Positions 26,041 through 39,039 of a stretch of 64,000 bases of DNA are shown in pieces. A program made the position numbers and the translations under genes. This DNA comes from Chiloscyllium plagiosum (taxonomy: Eukaryota): positions 43,337,970 to 43,401,969 of the forward strand of contig NC_057718.1 in the NCBI RefSeq assembly GCF_004010195.1. The letters are read 5' to 3'. Under the pieces are notes generated by a model that made no database searches, was not told the DNA's origin, and worked only from the letters and a program-made list of their open reading frames with translations. How positions within the stretch are numbered: position 1 is the first letter of the stretch; the number at the start of each line of letters is the position of its first letter.

Positions 26041-28028
26041 TTTTAGAGTTTAAAGTTTTCTTTCTACTATTCTGGAGTTTCCTGTAGGTGTAGTCTGTGA
26101 GTCAGTGTTCTAGGAGGTTATTATTTGTTCTTAAGCTATTAAGGCTCATGGGATCGAAGTGGCTAAGCCTCTGTTGGTATCTAGCTCCTGAGAGCTATTT
26201 GTAATACTGGACCTTGTGTTTGGATACTGTGGACTTTTTTGATAGATTGAGAAAAACTCATTCATTGGACCTCTCGCCCTTGTTTTGTAAGCAGTATTAT
26301 TGCAAAGCTAGTTCAGAAAGAAGCCATACAGCTGGCAGACACAAAGTATAGTTGTGGATATGAAGACAGTTGAGAGCTGAATGGTAAAGACAATCAGCAG
26401 ACGGTTGTAGAAACAAAGAGAAAGCATTCAGATGCAAAAGGAACAGAGAATTTTTGTGAGGAGAAGAAATAAATCATTTTTAGGAAGAGATCATTATTTC
26501 AATGTGACAGTAAAAAAGACAGGAGCTCTTGAAGGTAGTGTATGAATTGGCTAAGAAGGTCTAAAACGTGGAAAGCTCTGAGAGTAGCTTGAAAATGCTA
26601 AAGAGGTGGGTGTATTCCCACAAGTAGCCAAAGTGTGAATTCAGGTATTATCGGTTGAAAAGAAACTCTGGAAAGCTATAGCAACAGGACTGTCATGAGT
26701 GAGGGAGAGAGGCTTTGTAAAAATGTGCACTGCTGATAATAATCATAGCCATGAAACTTAAAGATGAGAGCTGTTGTCAGATAAGATTCCTATCCATCTC
26801 TGCATGAATGAAGAACAGCATATTGTGTAGCATATTTAATGATATAGTTGTGTGGCAAGTGATGGAACTGGGATAGGTGTGCCTATTGTTGCATGATTCA
26901 TGTGACATTTATTTTTTCCTAAGGTATAATTTCTCTGTTAATTTAGGCTTAGCACAAATCTGAATCAATGCAACTTAACTTAAAAGCATGAAGTGAAATT
27001 TTATTGGTAATGTCTTCATTTGGGGACCATTCTATAAGTTTGGTTATCTTGATTTATAGTTTCCCTGTGGGGATGTAACAAAATTACTTTGTGAATAAAA
27101 GCTTTATCATATTGACATTTTCTTTACAATAGTATTTGAAATATAGCAAGTTCTTACCATCATAAATATATTTCTTAGATTGCTAGAATGAAATAGCTAC
27201 AAATATGTTGTAATGTCTTGCAAGGTAACTAAGCTGGGTTTTCTTGATTTAAAAATTCAAATCTGTCCAAATTTGCATATTATAAACAAAATAAATTTGG
27301 ATTTTGATTTACTGTAATATCTACCCTTCAACAGAAAAATGGGCCAAACCATGGGTATGCCAATTTCTCCTCCAGCACCTCAAGTGTGTAGCCATTTTTA
27401 CAGGAGCACAGAGGAGAGAGATAGGGAGGCTGCAACAAAGGATAAACATATTGAGGTCCAGAAGCCTCACTGCAGCATTGAAATAAAGCTAGCACTTATT
27501 TCAGGCAGCACTAGAATCACCCATAAAAGCCAAAGTAGCCAAAGGAATGAAAACCTGAGCAGATTAGGAATCAGCTGTTCTGTTTTGGTCAATATAATGC
27601 TAAATTCAGGTCACAATGGTGCCCAATAGACAAAAACCAGGTTCTGAGTGAGTAATTTTAGCCACACAATTCCTAAAAGTTTTCTCAGTGTAGTTACATT
27701 GTAATATAATGTCACTGCTCTTCAGTATAAAACCTGTTCTGACCTCTCTTTCTGTTTATGTGCACTGATTGTAAATCACTATCACCATATAATGTAGAAT
27801 AATTCACTTATTTTACATCTAAAGAATAAGTAAATGCAAAATGGTCTGTAAATTTCTGTGATGTATTTCTTACAGTCAGTTAATTTAAATAAAGAAGTTC
27901 AATAATTAAAAACATTGGGGTTTGGTGAATAAGTTGATAATTACAAGTGCAACCTGCCTGCTATTTTAAAATAAATAATTGACAGGCATAGAGCTTGTTA
28001 ATGTGCTCATTGACCCACATCATATTAT

Positions 28029-28209
28029 AGGAGAAAGTGAGGATTGCAGATGCTGGAGATCAGAGCTGAAAATGTGTTGCTGGAAAAGCGCAGCAGGTCA
28101 GGCAGCATCCAAGGAGCAGGAGAACCGACGTTTCGGGCCTGAATTGTCGATTCTCCTGCTCCTTGGATGCTGCCTGACCTGCTGCGCTTTTCCAGCAACA
28201 CATTTTCAG
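28029..28209. mobile_element. Fold-back PLE mini-insertion with 15-bp TSD
   Basis: 65-bp inverted arms at 28065-28129 and 28146-28210 (1 mismatch); cccacatcatattat at 28014-28028 and 28210-28224. Confidence 0.92.
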
Positions 28210-29249
28210 CCCACATCATATTATGATTGGTATGGGCTGGCGGTTGTAAGTCCTGAGCCATTTTTTATTACATTGTTGAAAGGGTAGGTAGGAAGTCTGG
28301 AAAGCTATATCAACCGGACTGTCTTGAGTGAGGGAGGGAGGCTTTTTAAAAATTTACCCTGCTGATAATGCTGACAGGATTTGGGGAGTCCTGTCTACAC
28401 TTTGGGATCACACCTGCAAGATGTTCCCTACTTTTGTTCCTCTACACCCTGACCGTCAAAACTGGTGCAACCATATTCCTTGTTCCCCTCCCTGGACTCT
28501 TTGATACACAAAGCTGGATTTCTTTCAATCTGGTTACATTGGCTGTCTTTATCCTGAGGCCTTCATGCAATTTTAGCTGCACTTAATACTCAGCTCTGGT
28601 GCTGCTGACACTGTTAGAGCTGGCATTTCTCTCGAGCAGGACTTCTCACTGAGAGGCAAAAGTGCATCCTTCATCTCCTTGAGGCTACTAGGTGCGCTGC
28701 AAGGTGGCCTTGTTTGACTTTATTTGGTCCAGCACCATTGTTTGTTTCTGAGCACAGTGTGCCTTTCATCCATAGTATTCAGTCTGTAATTTTGCTGTGT
28801 AAATGCAAAAGGAGTCCAACAACATGAAGTGACAGTTGGAACAGGGGAGTAATGGCAGTGACCTGTGTCAAGGGGCATAGGAGACTGTGAGTCACTGCAA
28901 TATTTTCAAGATGGCTGTGCAGGTGGATGAGCATTTCTGCCAATCAGCATCAGTGCTCCCTGCCTCCAGAGACCAGATGTTTACAGAGGTGGGGTCTTTA
29001 ACGCTTGTCCAACTCAAAATTAATTCAGCAAATTTTGAGGCGAAGACTTCCTGTCTGGCTCACTGTGAGTATGGACACAAGTCTGCCACATGTAATTACA
29101 ATTTGTATTGTGACTGCATACATGGCAAGTCCCTACACATGAACGTGAATGGTGGCCACTCCAATCCTGCCATCAAGAGTCAATGCCTGATCTATTTCAT
29201 TTTTGAATTTTACAGTTCCAGCTACATGTGGCAGCCTTCAATTCCATTA

Positions 29250-30770
29250 TCGAAGAAAATTGATCTCTGCCTTAAAAATATTCAATGGCCCTCCTCCACT
29301 ACACACTGAGGCAGCTTTCCGAAGTGACACAAATCCTAGCAAGGAAACGATTCTCCTCATTTCTGAACTGAAAGGGCAATCCCTAATTTTAAAACAGTGT
29401 CTCCTACTTCTGAATTCATCCACAAGGGGAAACATCATTTCTACAACTACCTTGTCAAGAATGTCTTCAATTGAGTCAACCCTCATTCTTCTAAACTCCA
29501 AAGGAAAAAGTCCAAACTGTCCAGCCTTTCCTCAAAAGACAACTCGCTCATTCCAGATATCAATCTAGTAAACTTCCTTCGAATGCAATCGAGTGTATGT
29601 TTGTAGTACTGTTTTCAGCAATAATTATACTCTTCCCTAAATATAGAGACCAAACCTGAACTTAGTATTCTAGGTGTGGCCTCATCAAAGCCCTGTACAC
29701 TTGTAGTAAGATCTCTTTTTTTCTTGCACTCCAATCCCCTTGCAATAAAGACCAACATTCTATTAGCTTTCTTGCTTGCTCTATTTGCATGCTCACTTTG
29801 TGTTCCTTGTGCTTGTACAAGTATACTCAGTTGAACATCAACATTTGCAAGTTTCACACCTTTTAAAAATATTCGGCTTTTCTATTTTTAAGATCAAAAT
29901 ACACATGCATTTTATAACCTCCACATTATATACTATCTGCTATCTCATAACCTCCACCTTATACATTATCTGTCAGTGGACCTGAAATGTTAACTCTGAT
30001 TTCTCTTCACAGATACTGCCAGACCTGCTGAGCCTTTCCAGCAATTTCAGTTTATGCTTCTGATCAACAGTATCCACAGTTCTTTCAGTTTTTATTTACT
30101 TGTTCATTCACTTAATCTGTCTTTGCAACCTCTTATTGACCTCTTCAAAGCTTGCATTTTCATATTGTTCTATATAAATCAGAAAACTAAGATATGCTAC
30201 TTATTGTTTGTTTAATGTAAATCATTAATCTGGATTGGAAATAACTGAAGCCCAAGCAATGATCCTTGCCGCACTCTAATAACTTCAGCCTGCCAATACA
30301 AAAATGACCCATTCACCCTTATCTCTTCTTAGTCTACTAACCAATTCTCTGTCCATATTAAAAGATCCCAATCTCCAGATATTTTCTGTATTCATTTGCT
30401 GTGCCACCTTGCCAAATGCCTTTTAGAAATCTAAGTCTACTGCATCTACTGATTTGACTTATCTACCCAACCAGTTACATCCTCAAAAAGTTCTAATAAA
30501 TTTATCACGCAGAATTTCCCTTTCCCAAAGCTATTTTGACTTGTTCTAATTGCACTGTTAAGACATCCTTAATGACAGATTCTAACATTTTGCTGATGAC
30601 CGATGTCAGGCTAACAGGCCTTTAGTTCCCTATGTTCATTTTCCCACTTTCTTGACTAACTCTGTTACCTTGGTTAACTTCTAATCTGCTGGGACCATTC
30701 TAGAATTGAGGGAATTTTCAAATTCATAACCAGTGGTTCCAATACCTGTTCTGTAGTATCTTTTTGAATG
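29250..30770 (-). mobile_element. CR1 LINE RT/3' fragments, interrupted by an old PLE end (~29975-30095)
   Basis: ASKKANRMLVFIARGLECK and RRHCFKIRDCPFSSEMRR; CR1 RT upstream ccttgccaaatgcctttt. A 33-bp tandem duplication lies at 29914-29972. Confidence 0.8.
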
Positions 30771-31049
30771 TAGCCACTCCTTGAGATTTGATGGATTCTA
30801 GTCCCTTTACTTCCTTTAGTATTTTTTTCTCTGCTAATGTATATTTGCTAGTTTTTATTAGACCTGCCATATAACATTGTGTATTGTGCTGTAAACCTTC
30901 CCATGCACTGAACAACAATGGAATTGACAAGAAAGCTGGCAACATTGTCTGAGATGGCCAATGAGGAGCTTCTCAACATTAGAAACAAACATGCAATTTT
31001 ATAAACAGGAGTTGAATGGCAAGATGTGATCCTCACTCGTAAGCACCGA

Positions 31050-32420
31050 GGGGCTTATTTATATCCCATTATTACCTAATCTCACATAATTTCTGTGCCA
31101 TTTCCCATTTTTCCACCTGTAGGATAGAGACTGGGTGGTGAAAATCCCAACATTAAAGTCAGATAGTTACCTGCTGACTCTAGCTCGCTGCTGCTCCTCT
31201 GTGCTTCCATCTTGGATACCTCGACATCAGTGTCTCAGGGCACACTCCATGCACTATGAACACATGTATCCCCTCATCCACAGATGTTGGTATCAGACAC
31301 ATGCCAGCCTCATCACATCATCCTGGCACAATTTTGACTGACAAAAAATATGGCTCTGCACTTCAGTGTGACTTTTTGGAGCATGCTGGGATAGGTACCT
31401 ATCATCACACCATTAGCATGTTTCCCCTCGATGAGGTCAGTGATGCAGCCTGGGTAATAGATTTTGCTAAGGAAGCTGGCATCCCCCAACTGCAAAAGGC
31501 ATTAAATTGTATGCACGTTGCATTGAAATAGCCATATCACAACACAGTGAGTTCAACAAGAACAACATCAACAAGAAAGGCTTCCATTCCATCAAAGAGC
31601 AAATCAACAGTGATCATCAATACCACATCTTAGAAACTTGTGCTGGGTATCTTGGAAGCTGCGCTGGTGCCTACAAAGAGTCATAGAGTCATAGAGATGT
31701 ACAGCACGAAAACAGACCCGTCGGTCCAACCATCCATGCCGACCAGATATCCCAACCCAATCTAGTCCCACCTGGCAGCACCCTGCCCATATCCCTCCAA
31801 ACCCTTCTTATTCATATACCCATCCAAATGCCTCTTAAATGTTGCAATTGTACCAGCTTCTACCATTTCCTCTGGCAGCTAATTCCATGCCCGTACCACC
31901 CTCTTGTGTGAAAAATCTTTCCACTCTCACCCTAAACCTATGCCCTCTAGTTCTGGACTCACTGAAGTTTCTGCTTCATTTCAAGGGCAGATGCAATATT
32001 ATGATGATTACTGGGAGACTAAGGCTAACCTCTGTGACTATGGCTGATAACTTCATTACATAACCTCCTGATTGAAGTCAAGAATAGATTCAAAGCAGCC
32101 CATTCTTTAATCAGAGCCATAGTGCAGCAGATGATAGATCAGTTCAAGATGAGATTCCAGGATTTGGATCAATCTACAGAGGTCCTTGCTTTTCAATCCA
32201 GACAGATTGAGCCACATCATTCTACCATGACTGGAGCAGGCAGAGAGGTGATGGGATTGACACTGACAAGCTGAGAGAGCGACAGCAGCGTTTCGAGTAA
32301 CAAGGTGAGGACAGTGAGTGGAGAAACATCATCTTCTGTGTGATGGAATATTACAGTACAAAGCACAATAAGCCATGCCTTAATTGTCAATAGGTTCCAG
32401 TAGATGTGAGCTGGTTGCAA
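31050..32420 (+). mobile_element. PIF/Harbinger transposase (HARBI1-like DDE nuclease) pseudogene
   Basis: AGIPQLQKALNCMHVALK, NKKGFHSIKEQINSDHQYHILETCAGYLGSC and LLGD*G*PL*LWLIT...AHSLIRAIVQQMIDQFKMRFQDLDQS follow the order of Harbinger motifs (GAIDCTHV, NRKGFHS, PGSxHD, LLGDxGY, LKxRFRCLD). Confidence 0.85.
31677..31960 (-). mobile_element. HER1/CR1 3' end inserted in the Harbinger transposase
   Basis: agagtcatagagtcatagagatgtacagc..., the reverse of the tail at 40480-40638. Confidence 0.9.
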
Positions 32421-35400
32421 CGATCTATCATTGACTGTAAATTTGTTGGTCCTTGAAAGGCAAGCAGTCTCCCCCCCCCCCCCCCCCCCAGCACCAGAGA
32501 CCAGAGGCCACTGCAGTTTGTGTTTTTGTTTGCTTTTACTGTTGATGAATAAAAGTGAAAATTCAGAACTGTTCAAAGGCTTTCTAGCATGTAATGGTGT
32601 TATATGAAGACATGAGTAGTTGCTGGCTTACACTATGCATTGATGAAGGATTACATTTGCTTAGATAAGTAACATTGGATAAAGCTGAGAGAGGTTAGCT
32701 ATGTGGCTTGCTTCTTAAATAGCAATGGAAGTAAGAATTCTCAAGCCTCATTATTTGCAATATTTTCAGCCTCTTCTTTTAATTGAAAATATTTCTGGGG
32801 TAAGTCACAGGTGGATCTTTCTAACTATGGTTTGTTTGTCAAGGAAATTGGTTTTGTTGAACATTTTGAACTATTTCTTTAAAAATTTCCTGTGATGAAT
32901 TTAACATCATATGTTTTAACCTTTTTACTTAATAAAACAAAGCCAGCTCTTCCCTCATGCTGATGGTATAATTTACATTTATGACTTCTATTTGTGATTG
33001 AAACATTCATTTTCAAACTTCATGTGGAATTCAATTGTATCATGACCACAATTTGACAATGGATCTATTACTGTGATATTGCTGACTAACCCTGCTTCAT
33101 TGTGTAATACTAGATGTAAAATACCTTTATTTCTAACTAGTTCCACAGTACATGATTCCAGGAAACTGTCACTAAAGCATTCTATAAACTCATCTTCTAG
33201 ACGACTTTTACCAATTTATTTGATTCAATAGAGAGGTACCTGGGCCTGGTCTGGTGAACAATCCAAAATCTCAGATTAAAATGAAGACCTTCAGAGGGTT
33301 TCACATGTAAGGAACCTCCCAGCAGAAAATTCAGCTTCTTTGTCAATTCCTTCAGAGTTTGCTGTGATGGGGATTCCACAGGATGCTTAGGCACACTCTA
33401 CACACCTAAGTTGGAATAATAGCCATATGGCCAGCAGATGATTTGGGCTATCACCTCTTGCCATTTGACTGATGCAGATTTGGCTTATTTTCAAGATATA
33501 TGCACTCAATTTGTGACATTGTAGACTTCGCATCCTACCTCCCATTAGATTGGCTAAAAATGTGTAAAAAAAAAAGACGATAAAACAAAATAATGGAAAT
33601 CTGAAATAAAGATAGGAATACATAAAGGTCTGGCTGTTTCTTTGATGCAAGAATGGTGAAAGGTCTGGAGCCCAGAATGGACTGATGGGTTGAAAGACCT
33701 GTTTCCATACTGGGTATCTCATGAAATGGTGCATACTGTTGTTAGTGTGGTTTCTCTAAGGTTTCTGTTAATATTTTGCCTTAATTGCAAAAGAAACTGG
33801 GGGAAATCTTATCAAAATATTTATTTCCTCCTTCAGATGTTAAGGTGTCAGATCACTTCAGGATGATTGCACTGGACAATTCACAATCAATTTGAATTTG
33901 GTTTTGAAAAAGTTAAATTAATTTGTGGGACACAAATATAAATATTTTCCATTGCATGTTGTTTTTTCTTCAAATGTAATGTGATCCAAATATATCATGC
34001 TGCGGAAAACATTTTCTTTGGCTGCTACTGAGAGAAAACCATAGGTAGTATTTCCACCCATCTACTCAGTATTTTTCTTCAAAACAAGCTCACTGTGTAA
34101 CACTGATATCCTCCTCTAAGGATAGGAGGACTTCAAATTATGATATTGCTTCATAGAGGCTTGTATTACAATTGCAACAAAATAAGTTTACATCCTCTCT
34201 GCTGGCTGTGGTACTAAACAAGCACCCTTTGGTTTTGTGAATTTAAATCTCAGTGGACTAAGCTTAGTAACAATACTCAATAGATGTAAAAATCTGAGAC
34301 TTGGTTCCAGGACAAAATCAACCAGAACAGCTACTGGATTGCTCAGATCTTCCACCAAAATTAATGTGGGATAATATTATCTGAGGTTTCTCCCTACTGC
34401 ACAGCCCATTAACGCAAATCATCTCTTGTACCATATAAATTCTACATGTACAAAATATTATAAATAATCAGTTCAAGAAAGATTCAGCTCAGTCTATGTC
34501 ATTTGTTTGATTTCTCTGTCTCAAGTATCATGGCAAATTAAGATAATCTAGCAGGAATGAAAAGAATTGCTTTGGACAGCTAGTTCATGCAATTTTATGT
34601 ATCTTTAACTTAATGTAAAATAAAGAGCTGAATGGCTTACACCTGTTCCTATTTTTTGTGTTTCCATATGATCCTTCTCTATCTTGCTGCTAAATAGAAT
34701 GACATGTAGGAAGCAGCACATTCATTTCACTCTACTTTGTACCTGATCCTTGATGCTCTGTAAGACTGTAGGAGCAATGGACACCCCAAATATTAACCTT
34801 TCATATTGGTACAGCTATTTGGGTGTATGAATGACAGCAGTTCCTTGCTTAAATCAATTAATTCTAATTGCAAATGTGCAATTGCCACGTCTCTCTTACT
34901 AGACATCTTTCCGTTTGTTAAATTAGGAAACAAATCTCAACTGGTAGGCAGTGGGTAAGTCTCAGGGAAACTATTTACTATGTATTTATAATCTGCACAA
35001 AACTGTCCAGATCTCTCTGTTTTTTAAAACAATATATAATGGTTCAACCTATTCACTACACTTTAACTTATTAATTGGTCTTGTTCTTTCTAATCTATTC
35101 AGCTCATCACTTACTACTTCTGGTCCAGCCTAGCAAAGCTTTTGTTGTACTTTCTCCATTATCTTAACTTCAGTTTTGTATTGATTGATTTTATTATTTG
35201 GTTTTCCTTGCTCAAACATTACTTGAAAAGGTGCCATAACCCTTTCTCAATGTCAGATATATGCCTACTGACCCATGCTAATTTGCTAGCATAAACTGAA
35301 GTGCTGAAGATCAACCACTCTAATGCTGTGATATTAACATTAGCTCCTTTAACATAAGGATGAGATGTGTGTCGTGAAATATGAAAAGAGGCAACAAACT

Positions 35401-35554
35401 TTTGTTATAGCACCTGTTATCTGCATTTATACATTGCAACCACAAGCACTTACATGTGTGGATTCAAGCTAAGTATTGCTTTCCTCAGCATAGCTCGAGA
35501 ACAGAATTCAGTGAGGTGGATGCTGCAAGATTTATAGATTTTTAAAATCAATCT

Positions 35555-35625
35555 GTTAAGATGTGGGATGACACACCTTTGGAGCAGTTAGGACCTGAAC
35601 CTGAGTCTTCTGGCTCAAAAGTGCG
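35555..35625 (-). mobile_element. Short tRNA-derived SINE fragment
   Basis: The reverse complement ggttcaggtcctaactgctccaaaggtgtgtc matches 37546-37578. Confidence 0.5.
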
Positions 35626-35965
35626 CCAAAGAGTCCTCCCTTCCTGTGAGTTTTGTGTAATGAAGCCATATGCCATGATACAGTGATGACAATATGAGCA
35701 TGCCCCTTAAATTCACATCACACATTTGCTACAAGGCACAACACAATAAGCAATACTTCAAAAATGTTTGCCTGTTCCACCCAGCAGTCCTCACTTCCCT
35801 ACACACTGTTGGATTTTCTGAAGTCTGACAAGCCCAACTGACCAGGTTTAAAACTGGAATAGAGAACAAAAACGGAGATACACAACCCATTAAAATTTAT
35901 ATTTGAAATTTCTATCCAGGCAAAACCTAGCTTTGTTGTCTAAAATTCCCCCTTTGTTGCATCAT

Positions 35966-36286
35966 ATTGAGGTGTTTGGGTTGGTTTATGTATATAGAAT
36001 AACAGATACTCAGGAGTGGGTTGCAGACTGAAATCTAATCAAGGAGGTTCAGGGTGGTTTTTATATAGAATAGCAGATATCAACGAGTAAGTTGTAGTCT
36101 GGAATGGTTTCTCTACAGAGTCACAGATATATGGCAGTGAGTTACGAACTGGAATCTTATTTAGGGGTTTGGGGTGATTTATATTTAGACTAACAGATGC
36201 CTGGAAATGACTTACAGATTGGAACCTAATTGAGACATTTGGGGTGGTTATGTACACAGTTCTAGATACATTGGAATGAGTTACAG
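35966..36286 (+). repeat. Degenerate ~70-bp minisatellite (~4.5 units)
   Basis: Recurrent unit like acagatacNNggagtgagttacagactggaatctaatNgagggtttggggtggtttatatatagaata, with anchors at about 36001, 36072, 36122 (short unit), 36192 and 36262. Confidence 0.75.
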
Positions 36287-37365
36287 TTCTCCCTCTCTTC
36301 CCCTCTCACCCACTCCCTAATGTTGGAAAAAGCATCAATAATAAAATTGGTATTAAAATTTTGTATAGCAATCTAGATGAGCATCACAAACCAGTTGGTA
36401 CCTAGATAATAAAAAAAACTAAAGCAGAACTGAAACTTTTAGAAATAAGTATATATTTCAATAGTTAATGATAAGTAGAATCCTCAACACATTCTGCTGA
36501 ACTGTGCATAGCTGAGAGTGGAAAATTTCAGGTGCCATCCACAAATCGACAGTGACACTTGTCTTTTTTTCTGCTTGTTACCATATTATTTTGGACAGGT
36601 TTCCAAGTCCCAGCTGGGACATATTATTCAAAGTGCTTGATTGTAACAGTATTTTACAGCACTCTAACCTAGATAATGTATTCCTAACTTTTTTTTTGGT
36701 GAGAAATCTAGCCATAATAAAGTCAGCAGACAACAAGAAAGGAGGTGAAATTGTAAAGCTTATAGAATTGAGAGAAATCACAGAATGGTTTCTAAGTTTA
36801 ATTTTTAGATTACTTGTGAGGCTATGAAAATACTTGTCATCCATTATGTGATACGTTTTCATTCGTACAACCTCTCTCCCATAACCTTTCTTATTCACTA
36901 TTTTATCAAGACCTTTGTGGTTGCTACTCCTCCTTTGAACAGAGCTCTCTTGTGTTTTTTTGAAGCAGTTAAATATGTTTTGTTTTCCTTGCATTCTGTT
37001 GCACATACACAAGGTTATAATTTCTGATCCAATCCCTACATCTTTATATATTTTTCAGTCTCTCAACTATATTCCTCCCTATATTTTCACTAGAATGCAC
37101 TTTCTTTGCCCCTGAAATTTTCCACTCTCAACTATGCACAGTTCAGCAGAATGTGTTGGGATTCTAACTATTGAAATATATACTTATTTCTAAAAAGTTT
37201 CAGTTCTGCTTTAGTTTATTTTTACTTATCTAGGTACCAACTGGTTTGTGACGCTCATCTAGGTTGCTATACAACATTTTGATACCAATTTTATGATTGA
37301 TGCTTTTTCCAACATTAGGGAGTGGATGAGAGGGGAAGAGAGGGAGAAATGTAACTCATTCCAAT
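36270..37365. repeat. Long inverted repeat, arms 36270-36532 and 37111-37365, ~580-bp spacer
   Basis: The arms are reverse complements along their whole length, e.g. attggaatgagttaca / tgtaactcattccaat and gagagtggaaaatttcagg / cctgaaattttccactctc. They differ by scattered substitutions and one ~10-bp indel. Confidence 0.95.
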
Positions 37366-37494
37366 CTATGGCCAATGCCCAATTTAAAACTTGCTGATAT
37401 CCTCCTGGAACAAAAATTTTTTTGATCAGACACTAAATTATTCAAAGTGAGTCCTTTTACATATTAGACAAAGCAACAGGAGCTCACCAAATGA

Positions 37495-37595
37495 GGGACT
37501 GTCGTGGGTGGTTGCAGTGCCCCTATCTCTGACCCAGGAGGTCCAGGTTCAAGTCCCATCTGCTCTGAAGGTGTGTCCTAACAGGTTGATTTAAA
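37495..37595 (+). mobile_element. Short tRNA-derived SINE
   Basis: B-box ggttcaagtccc; homologous to 35555-35625. Confidence 0.5.
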
Positions 37596-39039
37596 ATATC
37601 TGAGCTTGCCAAATGGAATTTGTGGCAAGCGAATTATTTTTGCATGCAGCACGATTTAAAGACATGGAGTTGCATACCCATATTTGCTGCTGCATAAAAA
37701 TGGTTGAAATAGCTGCAGCTTTTTCAAGGGTTTAAGGACATTTGAAAAATAGGTGCAAATACTCTATAAGCTGCTAAAAATATCTCTGAAGAGGTGGGGC
37801 TGGCAAAATAAATCTGAGGGCTGGAATGGAGTAATAAGTTACTGATGGAGCTGTCCAACACTTGCAGCTCATGTTTGGTAATTGATGAAGTGGCGGTACA
37901 ATGAGATTTGCTTTATTTCGCATTCCGAAACAACTTTTTCAGAGGGTGGCACTACACATGCCAAAGTTTACACTGTGCACAGTCATCACAGCACCCAAGA
38001 GAAAGATGGTGCACCTTAATAAAAAAAATTGTCATGGTTAGACTACCTAACAGTGCTATTTGCCAAGTGGTTATCTGGGCAATCATGCCACAAAGTGTTA
38101 CTGGTCCATGTTCACTCCTGTCTCAGCACAAGTCCAAGTGATCACCTTGCTGTCTCATTGCTGCTCATGAACAAATATTTTCCAGCATGGCATTATATTC
38201 CAGCTCTAACTTACAATTGACATTGTTACCATTATAGGCTAAACTGATTGCAACAAAGTCTACCTACCTCCTTGGAGCATGAAATGTAAGGCTGTGCCTC
38301 AATCTATGAGCATCTTTCTTTGGAAATGAAGCAACTTGGTGAGCTGGAGGGACATGCTATTGGAGTACAAACAATATTAACGCTCCAGGTGTACCTCTTT
38401 TTACTCATATCAACTTATCATTCTATTCCATTGTCCCTCATGCATTACTTAATTTCTAATTATATGCATATATACCATTGACCTCAATGTGGCAAGTTCT
38501 CCATACTCATCACCCTTTACTTAAAGAGGTCAATCTTAATTTTCCTGCTGGATTTATTAGTGACTGTCTTATGTATATGATTACTAGCAAGTGGAAATGT
38601 CATCTACATTTATCCTAATCAGTGGGAAAGGAGAGGCCAGTGAATTGGATGAAACCACAAATGATTTCTCTGTCAGTTTGAATCTCTGAAGAGTATCAAT
38701 TGCACTTGGTTGCTGATGCATTAACAGATCATATTTGGCTGTTTTTATATCCCATATGCACATTTTGTTTGGAAAATAAAGCACTTTCAAAAATAGATGT
38801 CAATTAAGATTTCTTTGACACATTTATATTTCTAATTATTTTTATCAAAATGACTGTAAAAATTAATAGCAAGAAACAAATACTTAGAAATTTATAGTTT
38901 TTTTTAAGAATTGCAAGCAAAATAGCGAAGACCCTCAGAAGCTCTTTGGGCTTTATAAAGGATCTTAGTGCAGTGTCACTGGGATTACTGGTTCTACAGG
39001 TCCTGCAAACATTGAGCCGACCTAACACCAGAAGACAAT

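Noticed and set aside
32470..32489. Poly-C run as a G-quadruplex or regulatory site
   Set aside because: It is a simple homopolymer with unreliable length and no other support.
36578..37012. 144-aa ORF inside the inverted-repeat spacer as a possible transposase
   Set aside because: No DDE, HTH or other motif; the composition fits AT-rich non-coding DNA.
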